Positions 24,001-30,670 of a stretch of DNA of 52,362 nucleotides are shown one piece after another (position 1 is the first letter of the stretch; every line of letters starts with the position of its first letter). The DNA is taken from positions 1 through 52,362 of the forward strand of contig JAUWXM010000001.1 of NCBI GenBank assembly GCA_030616365.1, given 5' to 3'. A model generated the notes under the pieces. It was not told where the DNA came from. It searched no databases and saw only the letters and a program-made list of their open reading frames with translations. The stretch comes from a bacterium (GTDB lineage: Bacteria; UBP18; UBA7526). The translations under genes were made by a program, and so were the position numbers.

Positions 24001-24259
24001 TCCCCGGGTAGCCGTCCTCTGCTATGGAAGTGCCAAGTATTCTGGCCGGGATAAGAGAGAGGCCACACGACTCAAGAAGGAGATGCAACAGACCTTAGCC
24101 AAGTATCGAGGAGAGGTGGAGAGGTGCTACACTACAGACCGCTACTCTGAGAGTGCGGATATGGCGGTCATTATCACCTCCAATGGGAGAGAATATAGTA
24201 TAGAGACTATGCGTGGTCGCTCAAGGCATGAGAGACCATTAGTTATGAGGGCGCGCTAA
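21029..24259 (+). CDS. comEC: ComEC/Rec2 paralogue 1 (1076 aa): DUF4131-like OB region, competence membrane domain with an inserted ComEA-like HhH module, and an MBL domain with a degenerate metal motif
   Basis: FHVLAVSGLHVTVIAGLLFG competence motif. Insert IITYREKQGGFKSIEELAQVPGIDRGTSLRLKKKM (about 22586-22700). MBL region VGYGDS...LLTNPSLEHMGG...IPAHGNIHSS. Confidence 0.85.
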   Translation: MVEAYGAKPIEEKPTGKGMGLKEKKIILCCWIFILGVALATAFFHGVSFRGREIIPPESFLILPQYLPMAWVAVVLLAALTAFFFYRKMRWATHSLLILALLLSIACYTNKVDTSPPNHLVRFLSKDFGEKRVVIGKIWKEPEVRYHTDPETGKMEQKDTRILIRPTKIQLEPPDGPFYKVKRGDILVKIVPMIGWEIYNRLSSSEALGYTVKLHAPLLEPQPATNPGTFDYKKYLTNSGVYATSPLTYPSRWAPPIEILKETRGRLWVETALFIKKRMLTLIKKSMPYPESAFLGGVTLGLRHGLMKLHYQGHPLSVENAFKWSGTFHVLAVSGLHVTVIAGLLFGLSLLLIKSREKAAALTLFFMIFFALMIFTALTGARPSTMRAFIMVSIALLLWAMGIGLRYSILLSIPIAGTAILLLNPLVLTEASFTLSFGAVLSLGLITGPTMKYLRRKDLKGLPSVALLALALIFPIISYFHKEAFKELYTTGQFIILAFLLLVLSYVIQRRYRFGRFRRVENIITYREKQGGFKSIEELAQVPGIDRGTSLRLKKKMEKPGKDINTISPYALENLMPGGPLFRFGLGSGNPFFLARWFFAFLCAQVAINLGMMLPLSLYYFKHIPYAGPYANFMAIPLITTIIPLGIMAGILGMIIPGLGQYLALLINAGNWLLVRFFLWLSYTATNIFRYPFEKTPTVYQLAGYFSLLLVYVYFDDLHGRLVRGRFKEKMRAGIIMGLVALLFFIGSLSAQRKPLLKVLYLSVGYGDSILIQTPQGKNILIDGGYPSPDWETIAPVLVKEGIKRLDTVLLTNPSLEHMGGLISVIKNFEVNQFIDSLGPDRVSPDISYDEFLTLLNEKYFLENRDKEYVRETYETYLKLLRVLKERMVIHKKGSYGTIIAKERFRGKDLEFYILNPMEPKIDYAYSNLSANSIVTRLIYGNNTFLFTSNLGPEGEARLVASGNVLRGAILQIPAHGNIHSSTSGFLRAVNPRVAVLCYGSAKYSGRDKREATRLKKEMQQTLAKYRGEVERCYTTDRYSESADMAVIITSNGREYSIETMRGRSRHERPLVMRAR

Positions 24260-24275
24260 AGCTTGCCCCCTCTAC

Positions 24276-24327
24276 TAAGGAAGCCCGAATAACAAGGTTC
24301 TCCGATGAAATCGGAGGCTTCCTTATT
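24276..24327 (-). repeat. Reverse-orientation copy of the AATAAGRAAGCC-hairpin-AGAACCTTGTT element
   Basis: The reverse complement reads aataaggaagcc-tccgatttcatcgga-gaaccttgttattcg. An outer stem taaggaagcc/ggcttcctta is also possible. Confidence 0.7.
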
Positions 24328-24345
24328 ATGAAAGGTAGTTAAAAA

Positions 24346-24765
24346 ATGAATTTTATCACCCTTATGAGTTTTGGCATGGTGCTGGTCATCCTCTTCTTAT
24401 TCCTTGAGAAGAGGTTATGGGAAAAGGAGCTGGAGCAGAAAAAGATTCTCTCCACCAAAAAAGGGGAGAAGGTCCAGTCCTCTGGTGAGGTGAGGATTGC
24501 TGACTGGCTCTTCGAGCATAATATTGAGTATGAATATGATCAGGAAAAAGAAATTGCTTCTGAGTTCATCCGTCCCGACTTCTATCTTCCCAGAGAGAAT
24601 GTGGTCATCGAATACTGGGGAATCATGACCGACCCCAGTTATCGACGACAGAGGGAAAGGAAAGAAAACCTATATCGCATGGAAGGAATGACTCTCATCT
24701 CCATCGAGAATATAGGGAGTATTGACAGTATCCTTTCTTCCAACCTTGAAAAAGAAGGAGTGTAA
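24346..24765 (+). CDS. Membrane-anchored small protein with a PD-(D/E)XK-like (restriction-endonuclease-fold) domain
   Basis: N-terminal TM FITLMSFGMVLVILFLFL. SSGEVRIADWL...YEYDQ...IRPDFYLPRENVVIEYWG...LYRMEGMTLISIE resembles the E...PDF...hhE.xG pattern of Vsr/DUF559/helicase-IV-N-type nucleases. Assignment is from motif memory only. Confidence 0.4.
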   Translation: MNFITLMSFGMVLVILFLFLEKRLWEKELEQKKILSTKKGEKVQSSGEVRIADWLFEHNIEYEYDQEKEIASEFIRPDFYLPRENVVIEYWGIMTDPSYRRQRERKENLYRMEGMTLISIENIGSIDSILSSNLEKEGV

Positions 24766-24770
24766 AGTAA

Positions 24771-25319
24771 ATGTCCCTTTCTTCTGGCCAGAGACTAATA
24801 GTCATTATCCTCTTCCTGGCCTTTCTCTCTGGGGGAGGGGTTCTGGGCTATAAAATATCACAGGAGTATCCGGAATTTGCCCCAGCCGCTGAGATAGAGA
24901 AGCCTATTATTAAAGAAGCGGTTCCATCCCGACCAATAGTAGTGACAGAGAAGACTCCCATTGAGAAATTAGCTAAAAAGGAGAAAAAAAAACTTAAAGC
25001 CGCCTTAGCGATAAATATCAATACCGCCTCTTCAAAAGAATTGCAGAAGCTATCCTATGTCGGTCCCAAAACGGCAGAGAAGATCATCGCTGGTCGACCC
25101 TACGGAAGGAAAGAAGATATCATGAGGGTTAGTGGTATTTCCGAGGGGCGCTACCAGCAGATAAAGGATTACATCACTGTGAGCGGCAAGGGCTTAGAGG
25201 ATTATAAACCTCCCACAGAAAAGGCTAAGGTCCCAGCGGAAGAAAAGAAACTAAAAATCGTTAAAGTAGATACCGATGGGGACGGGATTCTCGATACCTG
25301 GATTACCAAACCCCAGTAA
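24771..25319 (+). CDS. ComEA-type HhH DNA-binding protein, membrane anchored, with a C-terminal DxDxDG motif
   Basis: TM LIVIILFLAFLSGGGVLGY. ININTASSKELQKLSYVGPKTAEKIIAGRPYGRKEDIMRVSGISEGRYQQIKDYITV. C-terminal VDTDGDGILD. Confidence 0.8.
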   Translation: MSLSSGQRLIVIILFLAFLSGGGVLGYKISQEYPEFAPAAEIEKPIIKEAVPSRPIVVTEKTPIEKLAKKEKKKLKAALAININTASSKELQKLSYVGPKTAEKIIAGRPYGRKEDIMRVSGISEGRYQQIKDYITVSGKGLEDYKPPTEKAKVPAEEKKLKIVKVDTDGDGILDTWITKPQ

Positions 25320-25435
25320 GAAGTAACAAGTTAACAAGGATACAAGTTAACAAGTTCCAAGTCGTCCCAAAACTTATTGACTTATTAACTAATCAACTTG
25401 TTAACGTATTAACTCGCGACCGAAGGGAGCGTGGG

Positions 25436-26491
25436 ATGGTTGAGGCCTATCAAGTAGAGAAAGAGCCAGAGAAACCAAAGGAAGTAAACCCCGCCCCTAT
25501 GAGGGGCGGGGTAAAGAGGTCGAATAAGGGTTTCTTCTCTTCAGTCATTATTCTACTTTTGCTTGCTTCCTCTGCCTGGGGATTGGCATTAAATGCCAAT
25601 TGGCGCCAAGCGCTCTATGCCTCCTTTAAGGAGGCCTCTCTTCCCACTCCCGTAGAGACCAAAGAAGCATATCGACCGCCTAAAGAATTGACTATTACCT
25701 ACTTCGACGTTGGCCAGGGATTGGGCCATCTCATTCAGATTCCTTCAGGAAAGGTGATTATGTATGATGCGGGAGAGGGAGCGGACCCGGACAATAAGTA
25801 TAGCAAGTATCGGGGTGCGGGGGGAAAGGCTGTTCTCCCGGTCTTAAGAGGAGAGCATATTAAAAAGATTGATGTTATCGTTAGTTCCCATCCCCATAGC
25901 GATCACCAGGGAGGATTCCTTTCCATATTGAGTAGCGATGAGTTTGAGATAGGGGAAGTATTAGACCCGGGTATGGTCCATCCCACCCCCACCTATAACG
26001 CCTTTCTGGAACTGATAGAGGCAAAAGGGATACCCTATCGCATTGTGAGGGATGGGGAGATACTGGACTGGGGCCCGGAGGTCTTTGTCCAGGTCCTCTC
26101 TCCTCCTAAAGGCCAGTTATGGACTCATGCCAATGATAACTCAGTGACTATAAAGTTAATCTATGGCAAGACCAGTTTCCTTTTCACGGGAGATATTGAG
26201 AAGTTAGCCATCAATAGACTCATCAATGAGTATGGCCCGAGAATAAAGGCAGACGTGGTTCAGGTTCCCCATCATGGCTCCAATACCTCAAACGATAGGA
26301 ACTTCCTTAGATTAGTAGGGGCCTCCCATGCCGTGACCAGTGGTACTGGAGGACCACCATTTGGTCATCCCACCCCAGAGACCGTGAAGAGGTGGAGAGA
26401 GATCGGGGCCCAGGTGCATCAGACCCATCTGGATGGAGATATTACCATCATCAGTGATGGAAAGAATATAAGAGTAAAGACCTTGAGGTAA
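25436..26491 (+). CDS. Free-standing membrane-anchored/exported metallo-beta-lactamase, ComEC C-terminal-domain type, metal motif intact
   Basis: TM FFSSVIILLLLASSAWGLAL. ITYFDVGQG...VSSHPHSDHQGG...FTGDIE...VPHHGSNTSN...FGHP. An alternative ATG exists at 25499. Confidence 0.8.
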   Translation: MVEAYQVEKEPEKPKEVNPAPMRGGVKRSNKGFFSSVIILLLLASSAWGLALNANWRQALYASFKEASLPTPVETKEAYRPPKELTITYFDVGQGLGHLIQIPSGKVIMYDAGEGADPDNKYSKYRGAGGKAVLPVLRGEHIKKIDVIVSSHPHSDHQGGFLSILSSDEFEIGEVLDPGMVHPTPTYNAFLELIEAKGIPYRIVRDGEILDWGPEVFVQVLSPPKGQLWTHANDNSVTIKLIYGKTSFLFTGDIEKLAINRLINEYGPRIKADVVQVPHHGSNTSNDRNFLRLVGASHAVTSGTGGPPFGHPTPETVKRWREIGAQVHQTHLDGDITIISDGKNIRVKTLR

Positions 26492-26526
26492 GTTAGGAAA
26501 AGAATTTAATTTTGCGCCTTTGCGTT
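26484..26526 (+). repeat. 43-nt repeat spanning the last 2 codons, the stop and the downstream spacer (copy 1)
   Basis: tgaggtaaGttaggaaaagaatttaattttgcgcctttgcgtt equals 28910-28952 except for one base. Confidence 0.9.
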
Positions 26527-26610
26527 TAAGCGCCAAGTCGCTAAAGTTTAAAACAAAAACGCCAAATTATTTTGGCGCTTTTGCGAACTTTTAGCGCTTT
26601 AGCGTTTAGC

Positions 26611-26632
26611 GCTTTGGCGGTTGCAAAGGAGG
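26611..26632 (+). promoter_or_regulatory. Conserved SD-fused box gctttggcggttgcaaaggagg
   Basis: Identical to 28962-28983. Followed in both loci by tgaagaga. Confidence 0.6.
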
Positions 26633-28917
26633 TGAAGAGAACGAGAAAAATATTTTTGGTATTATTCATTTTATTCATTAGTGCTTTATTTCTATTGCCA
26701 GAAGCCCAGGCAAAAGAGGAGTTTGTTAAGGCTTTAGTATTGAGCGCCCGGAATGAGAAGGGTCCCATCGAAAGGAACCTCTTTTACTATCCCGCCCAGA
26801 CCCAACACCTTTCCCTTAAGGTTCTGGGGGGCGTTCATAAGGGAAAGATAATCGATCTTGAGAATCACCTCGTTGGTCAGCGGGGATACGATACTCTCTT
26901 AGAAACTAAAGAAAAGGCCCTCATCCAGATTGCCACTACTCCTCAGGGGAAGATTTCTCATATTACCCTGGTTAGTTATCTCAGGGATAAGTTCATCTAT
27001 CTTCTTTTAGCGGTCTTTCTATTTTTTCTTATCCTGATCGGGGGATTGAGGAAGGGATTACGAACGGTAACCGCTCTCATGATTACCGTGGGCTTAATCT
27101 TCTTCGTTATGTTCCCCCTCTTTAAGATAGGTTCTCCTCCTTTATTGACCGGTATTATCATCTCTCTTCTGGTTAGTATCATTGTTCTCTATTTAGTGGG
27201 GGGTGGCGGGGTGAAGAGCCTCTCCGCCATCTTAAGCACCATCATCGGCGTAGCCATTGTTGCTGGGATAGCCTTATTGGGCGCTCACTTCATGCGCCTT
27301 AACGGTTATCATATGGAGGAGTCGAAGACCCTGGTCTTTTTACTCCGTCATACCCCTCACTGCGCTCTGAGCGACTTACGAGGGTTACTCTTAGTGGGGA
27401 TCATCATCGGCGGCTTGGGGGTGATGATGGATGTGGCCATCTCTGTCGCTTCCGCAGTCTATGAGATAAGGGATGCCCATCCCGGAATTGACCAGAAGGA
27501 ACTAATGGGAAGGGGAATGAATGTGGGCAAAGATATCATGGCCACCATGGCCAATAGCCTCATCTTAGCCTATCTTGGCCTCACCCTCCCTCTCATCTTA
27601 GCCTTCCGGGTCCTGCATACCCCGTTCTCGCGCATCTCTAACTGGGCCTTCTTAGATATTGAGGTCCTGGCCGCTTTGGCAGGAAGTATTGGCTTTGTCT
27701 TAGTAATCCCTTTAACTGTAGTAATAACTACCAGCCTCTTATTTAAGAGAATCCCTTTCCCCAAGACTAAAGTAGCCGGGGTCATTCTTTTACTATTTCT
27801 ATCTTTAGGAGTGGGTTTTAGCGGTGCCCAGGCTTCTCATCAGGAGGAACTCCTGCCCGACTCCGATCTGCGCAGTCATCCCCTGGTCTTCGTTTATGAG
27901 AGAGGGGACGAGTTCGCTAAGGGAAGGGTCCTGGAGATAGAGAAAAGGGGAGAGGACCAGGAGCTTATTACCTTTAAGGTCTTAGAAGGAAGGCATAGAG
28001 ATAAGATAGTAACCATACCAAATTATCTATCTGGAAAACCACAGTATGACTTTATCTTTCAAAAGAATGACTCTGCCCTTCTCCAGGTATCCCAGGGGGA
28101 GTTCTATATCGCAGACTATGTCCGGGATAGGTTCTTGATTATTCTATCAGGTATATTTCTCGTTCTCCTCATCCTGGTGGGAAGATTGAAGGGTCTGCGT
28201 ACCGCCTTAGCCTTAGGACTAACTTTGGCTCTGATTCTTTTTCTTTTCCTGCCTCTTATCGAGGCCGGTCATTCTCCAATATTAATAAGTATCCTGGTCT
28301 CTATCTTAGCCACTTTCATTACCCTTTATCTGGTAGCCGGTTTTGGGATTAAGGCCACCAGTGCCATTCTGGGCACCTCGCTTAGCATCTTCATGGTGGC
28401 CGGACTATCGCTACTGGCCGGGCATCTCCTGAGAATCACGGGCTTTAGTTCTTCCGGCATCCGGATGCTCAACTACTTCTCCCGCCATTATGGAAAGGGT
28501 CTGATCAACGATATGCCCGGGATTGTTACCTCAGTAATTATCATCGGTGCCTTGGGGGTAGTTATGGATGTGGCCATTAGTGTCTCCTCCAGCATTCAGG
28601 AGATAAAGGGGGCCTCTCCCCGGATTAGTCAGGGGGAACTGATTAGAAGGGGATTCAATGTGGGAAGGGACATCATGGCTACTATGGCCAATAGCCTCAT
28701 CTTAGCCTATATCGGAGGAAGCCTATTATTAGTAATGGTCTACCTAGTAGGAGAGTTCCCTTTCCTTCAAATAATCAATACCGAGTTCATTGCCTTAGAA
28801 ATAACCCGCGGCCTGATAGGGAGTCTGGGCTTTGTCTCTGTTATCCCGGCTACCGCTATTATCAGCGGTATGTGGCTATCAAGGTCCGCGGGATATAAAA
28901 CAAAGACCGTGAGGTAA
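26632..28917 (+). CDS. Duplicated (tandem-fused) YibE/F-family membrane protein
   Basis: Two halves, each with a soluble N-domain then a polytopic YibE/F core (GVMMDVAISVASAVYEI...GKDIMATMANSLILAYLG and GVVMDVAISVSSSIQEI...GRDIMATMANSLILAYIG). Start uncertain (GTG 26632, TTG 26614 or TTG 26572). Confidence 0.8.
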   Translation: MKRTRKIFLVLFILFISALFLLPEAQAKEEFVKALVLSARNEKGPIERNLFYYPAQTQHLSLKVLGGVHKGKIIDLENHLVGQRGYDTLLETKEKALIQIATTPQGKISHITLVSYLRDKFIYLLLAVFLFFLILIGGLRKGLRTVTALMITVGLIFFVMFPLFKIGSPPLLTGIIISLLVSIIVLYLVGGGGVKSLSAILSTIIGVAIVAGIALLGAHFMRLNGYHMEESKTLVFLLRHTPHCALSDLRGLLLVGIIIGGLGVMMDVAISVASAVYEIRDAHPGIDQKELMGRGMNVGKDIMATMANSLILAYLGLTLPLILAFRVLHTPFSRISNWAFLDIEVLAALAGSIGFVLVIPLTVVITTSLLFKRIPFPKTKVAGVILLLFLSLGVGFSGAQASHQEELLPDSDLRSHPLVFVYERGDEFAKGRVLEIEKRGEDQELITFKVLEGRHRDKIVTIPNYLSGKPQYDFIFQKNDSALLQVSQGEFYIADYVRDRFLIILSGIFLVLLILVGRLKGLRTALALGLTLALILFLFLPLIEAGHSPILISILVSILATFITLYLVAGFGIKATSAILGTSLSIFMVAGLSLLAGHLLRITGFSSSGIRMLNYFSRHYGKGLINDMPGIVTSVIIIGALGVVMDVAISVSSSIQEIKGASPRISQGELIRRGFNVGRDIMATMANSLILAYIGGSLLLVMVYLVGEFPFLQIINTEFIALEITRGLIGSLGFVSVIPATAIISGMWLSRSAGYKTKTVR

Positions 28918-28952
28918 ATTAGGAAAAGAATTTAATTTTGCGCCTTTGCGTT
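28910..28952 (+). repeat. 43-nt repeat spanning the last 2 codons, the stop and the downstream spacer (copy 2)
   Basis: See 26484-26526. Confidence 0.9.
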
Positions 28953-28983
28953 AAATTTTGCGCTTTGGCGGTTGCAAAGGAGG
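28953..28983 (+). promoter_or_regulatory. Conserved SD-fused box aaattttgcgctttggcggttgcaaaggagg
   Basis: Same box as 36722-36749 and 26611-26632. ATG 28992 follows 8 nt later. Confidence 0.6.
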
Positions 28984-28991
28984 TGAAGAGA

Positions 28992-29657
28992 ATGAGAAAG
29001 AGCATTGTTTTGATGGGAATTTTGGCTCTGGGTCTCATCCTCTTGGCAGGATGTCGCCAGAGACCGCAGGAAGTGGAACTGGAGAAGAAGGAATTGGTCC
29101 CTCTTGAGGAGATGGTTCCTTTGGAACCTATGGCAGAAAAGGCCCCTATGGTTGCTGAGGCACCTCCTGCTGTAGCACCAACCCCAGTCGCACCAGCTGC
29201 TGTGACCGGAAAGATAAACATCAACACCGCCACTTCCTCTCAATTAGAGAGCTTGCCCGGTATCGGACCAGTCAAGGCTCAGGGCATCATCGCTGGCCGT
29301 CCTTACTCAAGCATCGAAGACCTGGATAAAGTTCCCAGAATCGGACCCAAGACCATAGAGAATCTGAGGCCCTACATTACTGTTGGAGAAGCTGCTGCCC
29401 CGGCAGCGGCACCAACCATTGCTCCGGCTGTTATTCCAACCGTTGCTCCTGCTGTGGCACCAGCTGTTGTGGCCGGAAAGATAAACATCAATACCGCCAC
29501 TCAGGCCCAGCTGGAGAGTCTTCCCGGTATCGGACCAGTCAAGGCCCAGGGCATCATCGCTAATCGACCTTACTCAAGCATCGAAGACCTGGATGAAGTT
29601 CCCAGAATCGGACCCAAGACCATAGAGAATCTGAGGCCCTACATCACTGTCGAGTAA
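28992..29657 (+). CDS. Lipoprotein with two tandem ComEA-type HhH modules
   Basis: Lipobox MRKSIVLMGILALGLILLAG|C. KININTAT..QLESLPGIGPVKAQGIIA.RPYSSIEDLD.VPRIGPKTIENLRPYITV occurs twice. The ORF-track start 28938 lies in the repeat box. Confidence 0.85.
   Translation: MRKSIVLMGILALGLILLAGCRQRPQEVELEKKELVPLEEMVPLEPMAEKAPMVAEAPPAVAPTPVAPAAVTGKININTATSSQLESLPGIGPVKAQGIIAGRPYSSIEDLDKVPRIGPKTIENLRPYITVGEAAAPAAAPTIAPAVIPTVAPAVAPAVVAGKININTATQAQLESLPGIGPVKAQGIIANRPYSSIEDLDEVPRIGPKTIENLRPYITVE
29208..29651 (+). repeat. Intragenic duplication: 177-nt HhH-coding unit at 29208-29384 and 29475-29651 (period 267 nt)
   Basis: Long identical runs, for example gttcccagaatcggacccaagaccatagagaatctgaggccctacat in both copies. 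Confidence 0.9.
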
Positions 29658-29937
29658 CACGCCTGCCTGCCGGTAGGCAAGGATGATCGTGGATTAAAGG
29701 CACGGATGGTCACGGATAATAAATACTGGATGCTGGGTCCTTAGATCTTTGTTCTTGGTCACGTCTGTCTTTTAGATCTGTGATCTGTGCCAATGCTTAA
29801 TATTAAACAGCGCACTTCGTTCTCTGCCGTTGATGATTAAATATTAGTCAATTTGATGCTCTCTAGGATGCCAGCGAAGTGCATCCTGTAATCTGTTTCT
29901 TATCTGTGTAAATCTGTGTTAAAAAGGAGGGAGAAGT

Positions 29938-30615
29938 ATGTTCAAATTATCCACTCAGGAATCGATTATCGTCCTCTGCCTAATCGGTGCCATTCTCTTG
30001 GGGGGTGTCATCATGCTGACCAGAAGACCCCCTCCCATCCCACCCGAAGCAGAACATCTGGTAACCCTGGAGAGTATTGCGGCCGGCCCAAGGAAGACCA
30101 TCATCCACATTACCGGAGCGGTGAATAAGCCCGGGGTCTATCAGTTTGATGAGGGAACCCGGGTGATCGAAGCCATCAAGGTCGCCGGAGGGGCGAAGAA
30201 GGGAGCCATCCTGGATATTCTGAACCTTGCCCAACCCCTGATTGATGGTTCAAAGATTGTTGTTCCCCAGAAGTTTGACGTAGCGGCCTTCCGAAAGAAA
30301 CTCCTCTCCTATGGCCCAGAGCATGTCTATACCACAGAGGAATTGAAGTTAGCCTATCTTGACCTTGAAAAGGAGGAAGAGAGGAAGGAGGAAGAGAAGA
30401 AGAAAACAAAGAAGAAAGCCAAGGCAGAGGCCGGGAAGATAAACATCAATACCGCCAGCCCGGCCCAGCTGGAATCCCTACCCGGTATCGGGCCCAAGAG
30501 AGCCCAGGCCATCATTGCCAATCGACCCTATTCCAGCCCGGAGGAGATTACCAAGGTCCATGGGATCGGTCCCAAGATCTATGGGGCGTTGAAGGATAAG
30601 ATTACTGCGAACTGA
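29938..30615 (+). CDS. comEA: Canonical ComEA (TM + SLBB + HhH)
   Basis: TM IIVLCLIGAILLGGVIML. SLBB IHITGAVNKPGVYQFDEGTRVIEAIKVAGG. HhH KININTASPAQLESLPGIGPKRAQAIIANRPYSSPEEITKVHGIGPKIYGALKDKI. Confidence 0.9.
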   Translation: MFKLSTQESIIVLCLIGAILLGGVIMLTRRPPPIPPEAEHLVTLESIAAGPRKTIIHITGAVNKPGVYQFDEGTRVIEAIKVAGGAKKGAILDILNLAQPLIDGSKIVVPQKFDVAAFRKKLLSYGPEHVYTTEELKLAYLDLEKEEERKEEEKKKTKKKAKAEAGKININTASPAQLESLPGIGPKRAQAIIANRPYSSPEEITKVHGIGPKIYGALKDKITAN

Positions 30616-30670
30616 AGAGACGCGCCCGCCTGCCGGCGAGGCAGGAATCAACGCGAATAAGGAGACACGA

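Noticed and set aside
29208-29651. Diversity-generating retroelement template/variable repeat pair in the ComEA lipoprotein
   Set aside because: No reverse transcriptase is in the window. The differences between the two 177-nt units are not restricted to adenine positions. This is ordinary domain duplication.
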